DNA of 40,000 nucleotides from Natronincolaceae bacterium (GCA_048264125.1 JBLXDM010000002.1:318005-358004); one strand, 5' to 3'. Counted from the stretch's first letter, positions 8,489 through 18,247 are shown. Made by a program: numbers and translations. Notes: a model not told the origin generated them from the letters alone.

Positions 8489-9595
8489 TCAACTGTGGAC
8501 CACCTGTTTTAATTTGGCAGCCTTATTTTCTACCCCAAAATATTCCCCCAGCACCTCTAGAAGTATCGTGTTTTCCTCTGCTGTACCGATGGATATTCTA
8601 AGACAATTTTCCAAGGCTCCTTTACTGCCAAAATACCTTATAACAATGCCCTTTTCCAGCAGGTAGCTATATAGCTCCGTAGCCTTTTCATATCTTACTA
8701 AAAGGAAGTTTCCAAAGCTCTCATAGACCCTTAGTCCCTCCAGCTTAGCCAGCTCCTGTGCAAGCCTCCCCCTTTGAAGAATGATTTCTTCAATAATTCC
8801 ATCAAATAGCGGCTTATTCTCAAGGCAGACTCTTGCAGCCGCTTGATCTAGGCTACTGACATTGTAGGGGGGCTTAACCCTCTTAATTAAGCCTGTTAGC
8901 TCCTTGGAGGCCACCGAATAGCCAACCCTTGTTCCGGCTAAGCCATAGGCCTTAGAGAGGGTTCTAAGAACCACCAGGTTAGAATAATAGGAGGTCAGGT
9001 CTATGACGCTCTCCTGATAAAACTCGTAATAGGCCTCATCCACCACCACAATTGCATTTGAATGCTCTATTATTTTAATAATTTGCTCCCGTGGAATCAC
9101 GCCACCGGTAGGATTATTCGGATTTGTTATAAATACAAGCTTCGGATTTTCCTTTTTAATTTCCTTAATAAATTCATAGTAATCAAATTCAAAATCCTGC
9201 TTTAAAGGAATTTCAACCGTTACACCACCTGCTATTTGATTAGATATTTTGTACATCGTAAAGGTTGGACTTGAGGTCACTATTTTATCTCCCTTATCGA
9301 TAAAGGCATTTAAAAGCATTACGATGAGCTGATCTGAGCCACAGCCGATTAAAAGCTCCTCCTCAGAAACCATAAGCACCTTTGCCAGCATACCCCTTAG
9401 CTGAGTACAATCTGTGTCGGGATATTGATTAATATTAACCTCCATGAGAGCCTTTGCCAGTTTTTGATTTAAAAGCCTTGAGCCATAATTGTTCTCATTG
9501 GCATCTAGCCTTATCACATTGGAATACTCCAATGGTTGATAGGGCGTAAGAGTTTTTATACTACTTCTCAATAAATTCTCCATCATATTAATCAA
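8489..9595 (-). CDS. hisC: Histidinol-phosphate aminotransferase
   Basis: 368 aa. Motifs are DANENNYG, NPNNPTG and the PLP lysine region LSKAYGLAGTRVGY. Confidence 0.93.
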   Translation of the reverse strand: MINMMENLLRSSIKTLTPYQPLEYSNVIRLDANENNYGSRLLNQKLAKALMEVNINQYPDTDCTQLRGMLAKVLMVSEEELLIGCGSDQLIVMLLNAFIDKGDKIVTSSPTFTMYKISNQIAGGVTVEIPLKQDFEFDYYEFIKEIKKENPKLVFITNPNNPTGGVIPREQIIKIIEHSNAIVVVDEAYYEFYQESVIDLTSYYSNLVVLRTLSKAYGLAGTRVGYSVASKELTGLIKRVKPPYNVSSLDQAAARVCLENKPLFDGIIEEIILQRGRLAQELAKLEGLRVYESFGNFLLVRYEKATELYSYLLEKGIVIRYFGSKGALENCLRISIGTAEENTILLEVLGEYFGVENKAAKLKQVVHS

Positions 9596-10880
9596 ACCTC
9601 ACTTTTATCGCATTTTTGTGGGCTGTTAGGCCCTCCTCCTCTGCCAATACCATAATGTCATCCTTTACCGCCTGCAATGCCTCCTGCTGATAATATATAA
9701 TGCTGGACTTTTTAGTAAAGTCGCCGACGGATAGGGGTGAAAAGAACCTTGCAGTGCCACTGGTGGGTAAAACGTGATTTGGTCCCGCCATATAATCCCC
9801 TAAGGGCTCCGGGGAATAGTGGCCCAGAAAAATTGCCCCCGCATGCTCTATGCTATTTAATAATTCAAAGGGCTTATCAACACAAAGCTCTAAATGCTCT
9901 GGCGCTATTTGGTTAGAAAGCTGAACCGCCTCCATCAAATCCTCCACCACTATGATATATCCATAATCCCTTAGAGACTTTTCTATAATGCTGCTTCTCT
10001 CCAGCACCTTGGTTTGGATCATAAGCTCCTCTTTAATCTGTAGCGCCAGCGCCTCACTGGTGGTGATGCAAATGGCAGAGGCCAGCTCATCATGCTCTGC
10101 CTGAGATAATAGGTCCGCAGCAACATATCGTGGCTTAGCAGTTTCGTCTGCAATAACTAGGATTTCGCTTGGCCCAGCTATCATATCGATGTCCACCAGC
10201 CCATAAACTAAGCGCTTTGCCGTGGCCACATATATATTTCCCGGCCCTACTATTTTATCCACCTTAGGTATCGCTTCAGTGCCATAGGCTAGGGCTCCAA
10301 TTGCCTGAGCTCCTCCAACCTTGTATATTGCCTTCAGTCCCAGCTCCTTTGCCGCCACCAGCACAGCTGGGTTTACACTGCCCCTTTGGTCCGGTGGAGT
10401 CACCATAACAATATTCTTTACCCCAGCTACAATAGCTGGAATGGCATTCATCAATACCGATGAGGGATATGCTGCAGTACCCCCCGGGACGTATATTCCT
10501 ACGCTTGCCAGAGGAGTCACCTTCTGCCCCAGCATTATTCCCTGTCCCTCTGAGGAGAACCATGAATTTTCTCTTTGCTTGCTATGATACGCTGTTATTT
10601 TTTCAATGGCTAATCTCAGGGCCTTTATATAGCTCTCCTCAACTAAGCCATAGGCCTCCTCCAGCTCTTGGTCGCTTACCAATAAGTTATCCTTTGTAAG
10701 CCTCACCCCATCAAATTTTTCCGTATAGGCTATTACCGCCTGATCCCCTTCCTCCTTAACTGAGGCAAGGATTTCCTTAACCACAGGGCTAAATTTATCG
10801 GCATCCGTCTCCTTACGGCTATCAAAGCCTTTAAAAAGCTGTTGCTTCTCTATATTCCTTAAGTTAATTATCTCAAGCAT
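9588..10880 (-). CDS. hisD: Histidinol dehydrogenase
   Basis: The ORF is 9588..10913. The likely start is ATG 10880 behind GGGGGAGG. Motifs are GGAQAIGALAYGTE, IVGPGNIYVATAKR, AGPSEILVIAD and QAEHD. Confidence 0.95.
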   Translation of the reverse strand: MLEIINLRNIEKQQLFKGFDSRKETDADKFSPVVKEILASVKEEGDQAVIAYTEKFDGVRLTKDNLLVSDQELEEAYGLVEESYIKALRLAIEKITAYHSKQRENSWFSSEGQGIMLGQKVTPLASVGIYVPGGTAAYPSSVLMNAIPAIVAGVKNIVMVTPPDQRGSVNPAVLVAAKELGLKAIYKVGGAQAIGALAYGTEAIPKVDKIVGPGNIYVATAKRLVYGLVDIDMIAGPSEILVIADETAKPRYVAADLLSQAEHDELASAICITTSEALALQIKEELMIQTKVLERSSIIEKSLRDYGYIIVVEDLMEAVQLSNQIAPEHLELCVDKPFELLNSIEHAGAIFLGHYSPEPLGDYMAGPNHVLPTSGTARFFSPLSVGDFTKKSSIIYYQQEALQAVKDDIMVLAEEEGLTAHKNAIKVRFD

Positions 10881-10893
10881 AGGCTGCCTCCCC

Positions 10894-11520
10894 CTAATCG
10901 ATATTGTTGGCAATTAAATTTATAATTTCATTCATCTTTTCCTTCTTGGTTTTGATGCTTACCTTATTTGAAACCAGCCTAGCGCTAATATCCATGATTT
11001 CCTCTAATATCACCAGGCCATTGTCCCTTAGGGTATTTCCCGTCTCTACGATATCTACAATGACATCCGAAAGCCCCATTATGGGAGCCAGCTCTACAGA
11101 GCCCTCCTGCTTGATAATCTCCACCGATTGGCCCTTTTCTGCAAAGTATTGTTTAGTGATATTGGGATATTTAGTTGCCACCCTCAAATGCTTTTTATTA
11201 TTATTCATCAGCTCCGGTTTTCCAGCTACGGATATCCGGCACCTGCCAAAGCCCAGGTCCGCCACCTCATAAAGCTGCTTATCCTGCTCCAGAACAACAT
11301 CCTTGCCTACAATACCAATATCCACTACACCATGCTCAACATAGGTCGGGACATCCACTGCCTTTAATAAAATGATCTGCAGACAGCTGTTGGGAATATC
11401 AAATATGAGCTTTCTATTCTTTTCTAATAGACATCGGCAGTCTAATCCGCTCCTAATTAAAACCTTGATGGCCTCCTCCTGAAGCCTCCCCTTTGCCAAT
11501 GCCAGCTTAATAACCTCCAT
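10894..11520 (-). CDS. hisG: ATP phosphoribosyltransferase, short (HisZ-dependent) form
   Basis: 208 aa with no C-terminal regulatory domain. Motifs are LALAKGRL and DVPTYVEHGVVDIGIVGKD. It lies directly downstream of hisZ. Confidence 0.93.
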   Translation of the reverse strand: MEVIKLALAKGRLQEEAIKVLIRSGLDCRCLLEKNRKLIFDIPNSCLQIILLKAVDVPTYVEHGVVDIGIVGKDVVLEQDKQLYEVADLGFGRCRISVAGKPELMNNNKKHLRVATKYPNITKQYFAEKGQSVEIIKQEGSVELAPIMGLSDVIVDIVETGNTLRDNGLVILEEIMDISARLVSNKVSIKTKKEKMNEIINLIANNID

Positions 11521-11532
11521 GGTATAGCCCTC

Positions 11533-12741
11533 CTATAATGTAACAGTTGAAATGCTACCGTCCTTATTGATTGTAATTATTTCGTCCACCTGCCGTCTTC
11601 TGCAATAAACCTCCAGCTCCTCCTGGATATCCAGCAGATTTATCTCAACAATACAGTCCTCTTGCTTGAGGCTTTTCATTAGCTCTGCTATTTTCTCATC
11701 TCTTTGTAGCTCATCTATGATTAAATAATGCTTCTTCTTTTCAATATTAAGCTTCTCTTGAATTTTTAAAGCCTTTGTTATCTTATTTATGATAAAGGCA
11801 AAGCCTGTGGCAGGGCATTTCATGCCGAAATCCTCCAGCAGCTTGTCGTAGCGACCACCACTACATAGCACCTCTCCTAAATCCTTGGTATAGCCCTTAA
11901 AAATAATTCCGGTGTAGTAGCCCAGCTGCGATAGCATACCTAAGTCGAAGGTAATGTATTCACCATAGCCAAAGGAGGAAATAACCTTAAAAACCTGCTC
12001 CAGCTCCTCTACTGCTGTCAGCATCTCCCCAGTTAAGGGCAATGCCCTCAGCTCCTGCAATACCTCCTGAGGCTTACCATATAGCTTCGGTATATTATTT
12101 ATAATCAGCTTAATATCATCCGCGATATAGAGGCCCTCCAGCAGCTTACCAAGCTCCAATAAATTCTTGTTTTCCAGAGCCTCCAGTAGCCTATCTCCCT
12201 CAGCCTCCTGCAGCTGAAGCTTAGCTATGATATCCTTTAATAGCTTAACCTGACCGATCTCTATAATAAAATCCTCCAGGCCTAGCTTTTTTAGGCTTTC
12301 TATAGCGGTAATAATAACCTCGGCATCTGCCCTATAGGAGGCAACCCCAAAGAGCTCCACCCCCGCTTGCCGATATTCTCGTTTCTTACCGGACTGCTCC
12401 TGGTCAAAGCGATACACATCCTCTATATAGCAGAGCTTTAAAGGATAAGTAAAATCCTTCATTTTGGTAGCCACCATTCTAGCTATGGGAATAGTGCAGT
12501 CGGGTCTTAAGACCAACAGGCTGCCTTTAGTATCAATAAGCTTAAACATCCTTTCCCCATACCTAGTCAGGTAATCATAGGAAAATAAATCATAATATTC
12601 TAAAGTAGGACTGCTAACCTCCATGTATCCCCAGGCATTGAAGCTGTCCATCAATACCCCTTCAATCTTTCTTCTGTAGAGGCAATCATCAATCAATAGG
12701 TCCTGAACCCCCTCAGGAAGCATAACCTTTTTTAAAACCAT
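11533..12741 (-). CDS. hisZ: ATP phosphoribosyltransferase regulatory subunit (HisRS paralogue)
   Basis: The track start at 12750 is GTG. ATG 12741 behind GGGGTGG is the more likely start. The protein has a class-II aaRS-like core (LPEGVQD, MFKLIDTKGSLLVLRPDCT, GGRYD) but no anticodon-binding domain. Confidence 0.9.
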   Translation of the reverse strand: MVLKKVMLPEGVQDLLIDDCLYRRKIEGVLMDSFNAWGYMEVSSPTLEYYDLFSYDYLTRYGERMFKLIDTKGSLLVLRPDCTIPIARMVATKMKDFTYPLKLCYIEDVYRFDQEQSGKKREYRQAGVELFGVASYRADAEVIITAIESLKKLGLEDFIIEIGQVKLLKDIIAKLQLQEAEGDRLLEALENKNLLELGKLLEGLYIADDIKLIINNIPKLYGKPQEVLQELRALPLTGEMLTAVEELEQVFKVISSFGYGEYITFDLGMLSQLGYYTGIIFKGYTKDLGEVLCSGGRYDKLLEDFGMKCPATGFAFIINKITKALKIQEKLNIEKKKHYLIIDELQRDEKIAELMKSLKQEDCIVEINLLDIQEELEVYCRRRQVDEIITINKDGSISTVTL

Positions 12742-12794
12742 CCCGTCCACCCCATTGCTTTATTGTGATAAAGTGCTAAAGTATCATGGTTAAT

Positions 12795-12823
12795 ATTTTA
12801 TATCCCTCACTTAGATTTGTCAA
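12795..12823 (-). promoter_or_regulatory. Candidate sigma-A promoter of the his operon
   Basis: On the minus strand there is TTGACA (12823..12818), a 17-nt spacer and TAAAAT (12800..12795), about 50 nt upstream of the hisZ start. Confidence 0.45.
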
Positions 12824-13214
12824 CAGTGAAAATGTAAAAAAGGAGAATTAGTTTGTCAATATTTTAATAACAGATACAAAATACACATTTTATGATACAA
12901 TGTAGTAAGCTATAAATAAAATTCCTTATCTAATAACAATTTCTTTTATTTGAATATTCTGACTTATAATTGGGTATCCCATATCTTATACGCCCTTTTA
13001 CAGAGCATCTTGTATTTCATCTGAACCTATAACCAGCAAAATTTGAATCTACTTAATCAGCTTTAAAAACTGTACCTTAATTCAAAATGAGGCATACTAT
13101 GTAAGCTGTAGTTGCTTTATATAAATATAAGGGGCCATACCCTAAACCACCTTCAATGCTTGGTAAACCATACGACATTTACTATGCATTAAATCTTGAA
13201 AGGAGTTGATCGTA

Positions 13215-13952
13215 ATGGCAGTTATCCAGGGCTATTCAGGACCGGGTAAAATAAATTATTATAAGAAGCTATTCAAAAACCCATTTTGGGCCTATTTAAT
13301 GACGATTGCTTTGGTTTTCTTCGTAGCAGCCAAGGGGCCTTTGATGTACTTTATGGCAGCCGCCTTCCTACTGTTGTCGATAATGATTATTTTTCTCGCA
13401 TATTTTGAAAACGAATTCAGGCTTCACAATAAGGTGCTGAAGCTATTTGAAAAGCTTGAGGATGAATTTGTTATACTCCCAGCAATGAAGCTTTCCGATG
13501 GTTATGAAAACTCCTGCACATGCTTTATAGTAATATCATCAAAGGGAATCTTTAATATAAAGGTTTTGGAATTCTCGGGGATATTGCAAGGCTTAGAAAA
13601 GGATGAAATGTGGAAGTATACCGATGCAACGAATGCCTATAACATTGTTGAAAAACATATAAGAAACCCTATTTCCTACTTGAGAAAAAGCCATAAGGTG
13701 ATAGAACAGCTTCTTAAAAACAATCACATCGATTATATGTTTTTGAAATCAATTACCGTAGTCAACAATTCAAATGCGGTTGTTAAATCAGATACAGATA
13801 TCCCAATCATCAAATTACATCAGCTTAATGAATATTTGCATGGACATATTGAAAGGCAGCATCAGCATATGCTGAAGGAAACAATCGTTGAAGCAATTAT
13901 GGGAGGTCATAGCGGAAAAAGCTGCTTAAGGCTTCACTGCCCCGATTGCTAG
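13215..13952 (+). CDS. Membrane-anchored NERD-like (nuclease-related domain) protein, paralogue 1
   Basis: The track start at 13206 is TTG. ATG 13215 lies 9 nt after AGGAG. Two N-terminal TM helices are present (FWAYLMTIALVFFVAA and MYFMAAAFLLLSIMIIFLAYF). A NERD-like core follows: FVILPAMKLS..CFIVISSKGIFNIKVLEFSG..W......NP.SYLRKSHKVIEQLL...ITVVN. Confidence 0.65.
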   Translation: MAVIQGYSGPGKINYYKKLFKNPFWAYLMTIALVFFVAAKGPLMYFMAAAFLLLSIMIIFLAYFENEFRLHNKVLKLFEKLEDEFVILPAMKLSDGYENSCTCFIVISSKGIFNIKVLEFSGILQGLEKDEMWKYTDATNAYNIVEKHIRNPISYLRKSHKVIEQLLKNNHIDYMFLKSITVVNNSNAVVKSDTDIPIIKLHQLNEYLHGHIERQHQHMLKETIVEAIMGGHSGKSCLRLHCPDC

Positions 13953-13971
13953 GATCAATACTTTAATATTC

Positions 13972-13998
13972 AAAACGTCATTCTAAAATGGCGTTTTT
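13972..13998 (+). terminator. Rho-independent terminator after NERD paralogue 1
   Basis: AAAACGTCA-ttctaaaa-TGGCGTTTT (one G.U pair) is followed by a T-rich tail. Confidence 0.5.
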
Positions 13999-14210
13999 CC
14001 TGTTGGAATACTCCTGTTGTTATACCTAAGCCCAACCTACCTTCTGGTCATCCTGCGGAAAGAGAGGGATCTATTCTTCAACACAGGCTGTCCCTTATGG
14101 TATAGAAAACACTATAGCCATTTTTCTTCCAACCACATGTGTAATACATAGCTATAGGGGGTATAAAAATAGAAAATAAAAGCATTAAAATGCGGCGAGG
14201 AGTGATGGAT

Positions 14211-14939
14211 ATGTCGAAAATGAATCAGGATAATACCATTCAGCCTACAAGGCTACAAAGGTTTTTGAAGGACCCACTTTGGCTGTTGCTGCTGGCTATT
14301 ACATCCTTCGCATATTATATAGCAACTGATACCGTAGGCTATATGCTGGCAACGGCATTACTTGTATTCAGCGCAAATGTAATATTTAAAACCTATTTCT
14401 ATGAGGATGAACCCCTGAAGGAAATGATAGCTAAGGAGCTGACAAAATTCAATGAGGATTATATTATTCTTCCATCAATAGAGCTTTCAGATGGAAGGTT
14501 GAAGGGCTACAGCGACTTTATTGTAATATCCCCTAAGGGGGTATTTAATCTAAGAGCATTGGATTTTCAAGGGCTTATTACAGGCTATCAAAATGACGAG
14601 GTGTGGGAATATATAAAGGCCACCAGCCCCTATGACGTTACTAGGAAAATCATAAAAAATCCGATTTACTACCATCAAAGGACCCAAGAAATAATTGAAG
14701 GGCTATTAGAGCAGCAGCATATAAAATATATACCCATACAGTCGCTGCTGGTGGTAAATGGCAATCTAAAAATAGAAACCGATAGCAAAATACCTGTTGT
14801 TAAGGCAGAGGAGCTGTATGCGTATATCTCAGAATATGCCGATAGAAGCATCATGTCCAGCCTAAAGAATTCAATAGAGGATACTCTGAGGAAGGCTATT
14901 TCCTCGAACATAGGGTATATGCCTGTTTCCTTCAAATAA
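14211..14939 (+). CDS. Membrane-anchored NERD-like protein, paralogue 2
   Basis: The ORF is 14190..14939. ATG 14211 has the best spacing to GAGGAG. The architecture matches paralogue 1 (LWLLLLAITSFAYYIA and MLATALLVFSANVIF, then YIILPSIELS..DFIVISPKGVFNLRALDFQG..W......NPIYYHQRTQEIIEGLL...LLVVNG). It is collinear with paralogue 1, and about one third of residues are identical by eye. Confidence 0.65.
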   Translation: MSKMNQDNTIQPTRLQRFLKDPLWLLLLAITSFAYYIATDTVGYMLATALLVFSANVIFKTYFYEDEPLKEMIAKELTKFNEDYIILPSIELSDGRLKGYSDFIVISPKGVFNLRALDFQGLITGYQNDEVWEYIKATSPYDVTRKIIKNPIYYHQRTQEIIEGLLEQQHIKYIPIQSLLVVNGNLKIETDSKIPVVKAEELYAYISEYADRSIMSSLKNSIEDTLRKAISSNIGYMPVSFK

Positions 14940-14950
14940 ATAAACAAATA

Positions 14951-14982
14951 AAAAAGTTGGCTAAAATATGCCAACTTTTTTA
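14951..14982 (+). terminator. Strong, probably bidirectional, rho-independent terminator
   Basis: AAAAAGTTGGC-taaaatat-GCCAACTTTTTT is a perfect 11-bp stem flanked by an A-run and a T-run. Confidence 0.7.
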
Positions 14983-15044
14983 TAACTTTCTATTATATTT
15001 AGAGCTATTTTATAAAACAGCTTAAGTATATTATATAATTGTGT

Positions 15045-15076
15045 GTAATTTAAAGGAGCTGCGTTGACAGCTCCTT
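15045..15076 (-). terminator. Candidate terminator of the SLH-protein gene
   Basis: The minus strand reads AAGGAGCTG-tcaacg-CAGCTCCTT followed by TAAATT, 13 nt after the stop. The U tract is weak. Confidence 0.45.
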
Positions 15077-15088
15077 AAGTAATAATAT

Positions 15089-16915
15089 TTAATTTACTAC
15101 AACCACTCTGTCCAAAACAAATGCTCCATTTGTCATGGTTCCAACCAATAATAGCTGGTCACCAACATTGATTAATGAAAAATGCCATGCACTGCCTGTT
15201 TTTCCTATAAAGGTCGTGGTGTTTTTTACATGAACCTGTATATCTTTAGTAGTTCCATTCTGTTCTATCGTAACAGTCATTACGTTAATCTCTCTATTTA
15301 TTGATTTTACCTTGCCAATATAGCTCTCAGGCTCAACCTTCTTTGAAGTAATTATCGTGTAAACCTCGTTATTTTCAATATGCATTATTACAGAATAGTT
15401 TAGCCTTAGATCATAAACCGTGCTGGCAGTACTATCTATTAGGATAATAGCAGTACTGCTTATAACAAATTCCTCGGTCTCCTGGCTCTTATTTTCAACT
15501 GTTATAACCGTCTCTTCAGCATTTACTATCCTCTTAATTGTACCCTCGAAGGTTCTCTTAACGGAGGCTGCTGTCACAGTCTTAACCTTGTCATATTCAA
15601 GCTCTAGAGTAACCTCGTCATGTAGCTTAATATCGTTCAAGGTTACGGTTCTTCCATCCCTCTTAATTACAGTATTAGTCTCCAGTGTAAAAGCAATAGG
15701 CTCCTCGTCCTTAGGGGTGACCTCCAGTTTTCTGTCGGTTGTAGTCCCTTTTGAGGTCACTACCCCCTTAATCATCTTATTTTTACTGCCTGCTTCAACC
15801 TCATAGACGTAAATCCCATTAATATATGCCTTTATAAAATCTCCTACCTTGTAGTTTGAAAAGGAGCTTATTTCATCATTAAGATATACCTTAGTATTTG
15901 GTGCTACGGTATAATATTTAAATTCTCCATTTAAGGTCTTTACCGTTAATATGTTTTCGCCTTCATTAGCAAAAACTCTTTGGAAATACCCTTCAACAGC
16001 CTCTTTATTGGAGATTGCCTCTATTTCCTCCACCACTCCATTGAGAAGCTTAAACTTAACAGCCTGACCCTTTTCAAGAGATTGTAGGCTTCCACCACTG
16101 CCGTCAATAGTAACCTTTGCATTATCCTTAACATCATATATAGCAGTATTGCTATCCTCATCAAAGATAGTCAACACCGTACGATTTGCAACAACAATAT
16201 TATTTATTACACCATTAACATAAACTGCTTCTTCAACAGAATCAGGCGCTGTAGTCGACAGACCATTGTCTAATATTTTAGCCGTCAAGGCCATTAGCTT
16301 CGCTGTCTCAGCTCTGGTTATATTATTATTGGGCAAAAACTGACCATCGTTACTTTCTTTATTTAGAATATCCAAAGATAATAGAAGGTCAATATAGGGC
16401 TTGGCATCATTGGGAATAGAAAGCTCGTCCTTATAGGGAATGTAATAGCTTCTGCTGGTACTCTTTCCCCCAAATTCAACCAGTACTCTTCCTATATATG
16501 TAGCTACCTCGTGGCGCTTAGCATTGTTCCCCAATCCATTGGTAACAAAGGTCTTAATCTCTGATTCCAGCAATACTCCCTTATCCAGCAGGTAAACTAC
16601 TTGATTTTGTGCCCAGGCTGGAATATTATATTGTCTTACTATATTCTCATATTTTACTAGTAGGCTATTATTTGCAGTAGCCTTCAGCATATTTCCCAGC
16701 ATTACGGAGGTTTCTAAATTTGTAATGGAATTGCCTGGTCTAAAGGTTGCGTCAGTATAGCCTTGGGTAATTTTTCTATTATATATATCCTCTATGAATT
16801 CCTTTGCCCAATGGTCTTTTATATCAGTGAATATAAGATTATCGGCAAATGCAACAATACTATTGGTCAGTAAAAGTACTGCCAGAAGAAGGATAAAGAA
16901 ATGACGTTTCTTCAC
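15089..16915 (-). CDS. Secreted S-layer-homology (SLH) domain cell-wall protein with five C-terminal beta-rich repeat modules
   Basis: 608 aa. The signal peptide is MKKRHFFILLLAVLLLTNSIVAFA. Three SLH units are present (FTDIKDHWAKEFIEDIY..GYTDATFRPGNSIT, AWAQNQVVYLLDKGVL, ITRAETAKLMALTAKIL). About five modules of 55-65 aa follow. Confidence 0.85.
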   Translation of the reverse strand: MKKRHFFILLLAVLLLTNSIVAFADNLIFTDIKDHWAKEFIEDIYNRKITQGYTDATFRPGNSITNLETSVMLGNMLKATANNSLLVKYENIVRQYNIPAWAQNQVVYLLDKGVLLESEIKTFVTNGLGNNAKRHEVATYIGRVLVEFGGKSTSRSYYIPYKDELSIPNDAKPYIDLLLSLDILNKESNDGQFLPNNNITRAETAKLMALTAKILDNGLSTTAPDSVEEAVYVNGVINNIVVANRTVLTIFDEDSNTAIYDVKDNAKVTIDGSGGSLQSLEKGQAVKFKLLNGVVEEIEAISNKEAVEGYFQRVFANEGENILTVKTLNGEFKYYTVAPNTKVYLNDEISSFSNYKVGDFIKAYINGIYVYEVEAGSKNKMIKGVVTSKGTTTDRKLEVTPKDEEPIAFTLETNTVIKRDGRTVTLNDIKLHDEVTLELEYDKVKTVTAASVKRTFEGTIKRIVNAEETVITVENKSQETEEFVISSTAIILIDSTASTVYDLRLNYSVIMHIENNEVYTIITSKKVEPESYIGKVKSINREINVMTVTIEQNGTTKDIQVHVKNTTTFIGKTGSAWHFSLINVGDQLLLVGTMTNGAFVLDRVVVVN

Positions 16916-17143
16916 ATGAATGCCCCCTTTTAAATTTAATAACTACTATTTCTACATTTTGGCTTGATTTCCTGCATTTTTCTTGATTTCTTTTAATTAT
17001 TGGGTAATCCTGCTTATGTAGATAAACTTATCCAGAAGTAAGACGAGACCACAGTAGAAAAGGTTCCATATTATTGGAAAAATAATTATTTAATACCAAA
17101 TTGAGGCTCCAACTTATTTAGTTTTAGTCTAATATTTAGGCAC

Positions 17144-17172
17144 AAAAAAAAGCGGACTGGCATAACCAGTCC
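17144..17172 (-). terminator. Rho-independent terminator closing the phage lysis cassette
   Basis: The minus strand reads GGACTGG-ttatg-CCAGTCC followed by GCTTTTTTTT. Confidence 0.7.
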
Positions 17173-17256
17173 ATAAATACAGAAACACTAAGGCCAACGT
17201 CATCCCCAGCGCCAGCGAAGGGTCGCAGTTCTAAAGAGCTTTAAAATAGCGACTCA

Positions 17257-17592
17257 TCAAACTGCTGGTTCATTTTCCTCTGATAAAAATTCCTTCAAGC
17301 GGCCGACGGCATCCTCTATCAAATCATCCAACTGCTGCTGCGTATAAATTACCCTTAATATCCATGGCAGCCTTTTATAAAGACCTTCAAGAACCATATC
17401 ATACTTCAGTCGTCCGGTACCGCTCCCCAGCTTCTTTTCAGCCTCTACTACCAAGGAAAACACTATTTTCTTTACCAATTCGTGATGGCCTCGCTTATAT
17501 AAAATTAGACCTGAGGCTACCAATAATAGGATTAAGATTATGTCCACCATATTGGTCTTTATAAAGCTATATACTACACTATGCATCATCAT
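17257..17592 (-). CDS. Small membrane protein, LL-H-type holin-like (putative)
   Basis: 111 aa with one N-terminal TM (VDIILILLLVASGLILY). The following segment VVEAEKKLGSGTGRLKYDMVLEGL resembles LL-H family holins. Its start overlaps the amidase stop. Confidence 0.5.
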   Translation of the reverse strand: MMMHSVVYSFIKTNMVDIILILLLVASGLILYKRGHHELVKKIVFSLVVEAEKKLGSGTGRLKYDMVLEGLYKRLPWILRVIYTQQQLDDLIEDAVGRLKEFLSEENEPAV

Positions 17593-18247
17593 TCCCCCCC
17601 TTTAAATCCCTGTGAATATTCGCCATTATAATCATAGCCGCCCACACAGGCATCGGTTCATCAATTTTATTTGTCCATAGCACGGAGTCATTTATAAGGC
17701 CTCTTTCCTCGAGATATTTCAGGCCCTCCAGCTTCCATTCATCAGCCTCTGCTTTCTCTGTCGGAGCTTCAGAGCGGGCCTTTATACCCTGCTCAATATC
17801 CGTAAGAAACTCAGTCCATCTGGGCAATAGCAGTCTCGGACACTCCTTTCCACTCCAGCTCTTATGGGTGCGGATATTTGCTATTCCCCAGCCCCTTTCT
17901 ATTAGAAGCCTAACCACAAGGTCTATGGCATTTTCCCAGGTCCTTTGCTGATCTCCCGACTCACAGACCTCAATCCCTATGCTGCTCCTATTGCCCTCTG
18001 CATTGCCTGCATGATAAGCCACCTCATTAAGTGAGATGCACTCTATGGCCTCCTTATCATCCACCACAATATGAAAGGAGGCAGCTCTGTTATTTTCAGG
18101 ATTAGTGAGCCACCCCCTTTCGTTTCTTGCTGTAGACTTTGGATTTCCTGTATTGTGGATTGTTATACTGGTCATGCCTGCTCTGGTGCCGGGTCTTTTA
18201 TCTTTGGATATTGGGATATGGTCTACAATATAGTCCATATTTATCAC
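17579..18247 (-). CDS. N-acetylmuramoyl-L-alanine amidase endolysin (Amidase_2/PGRP fold) with a C-terminal wall-binding region
   Basis: 222 aa. Motifs are ITIHNTGNP, ASFHIVVDD, AYHAGN, SIGIEVCE and HKSWSGKECP. Confidence 0.9.
   Translation of the reverse strand: MINMDYIVDHIPISKDKRPGTRAGMTSITIHNTGNPKSTARNERGWLTNPENNRAASFHIVVDDKEAIECISLNEVAYHAGNAEGNRSSIGIEVCESGDQQRTWENAIDLVVRLLIERGWGIANIRTHKSWSGKECPRLLLPRWTEFLTDIEQGIKARSEAPTEKAEADEWKLEGLKYLEERGLINDSVLWTNKIDEPMPVWAAMIIMANIHRDLKGGNDDA

Noticed and set aside
12751-13205. A possible T-box or other riboswitch leader controlling the his operon, in the 460-bp divergent intergenic region.
   Set aside because: I found no T-box core (complement of CGCGGTACCACC-type sequence), no specifier or terminator architecture, and no terminator-like hairpin between the candidate promoter and hisZ. 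Only a plain promoter is proposed.
16916-17256. A tRNA gene or attachment site at the left prophage boundary.
   Set aside because: No tRNA-like sequence (no GTTCGAATC-type T-arm or cloverleaf) is present. I could find no direct repeat partner because the other prophage end is outside the window.
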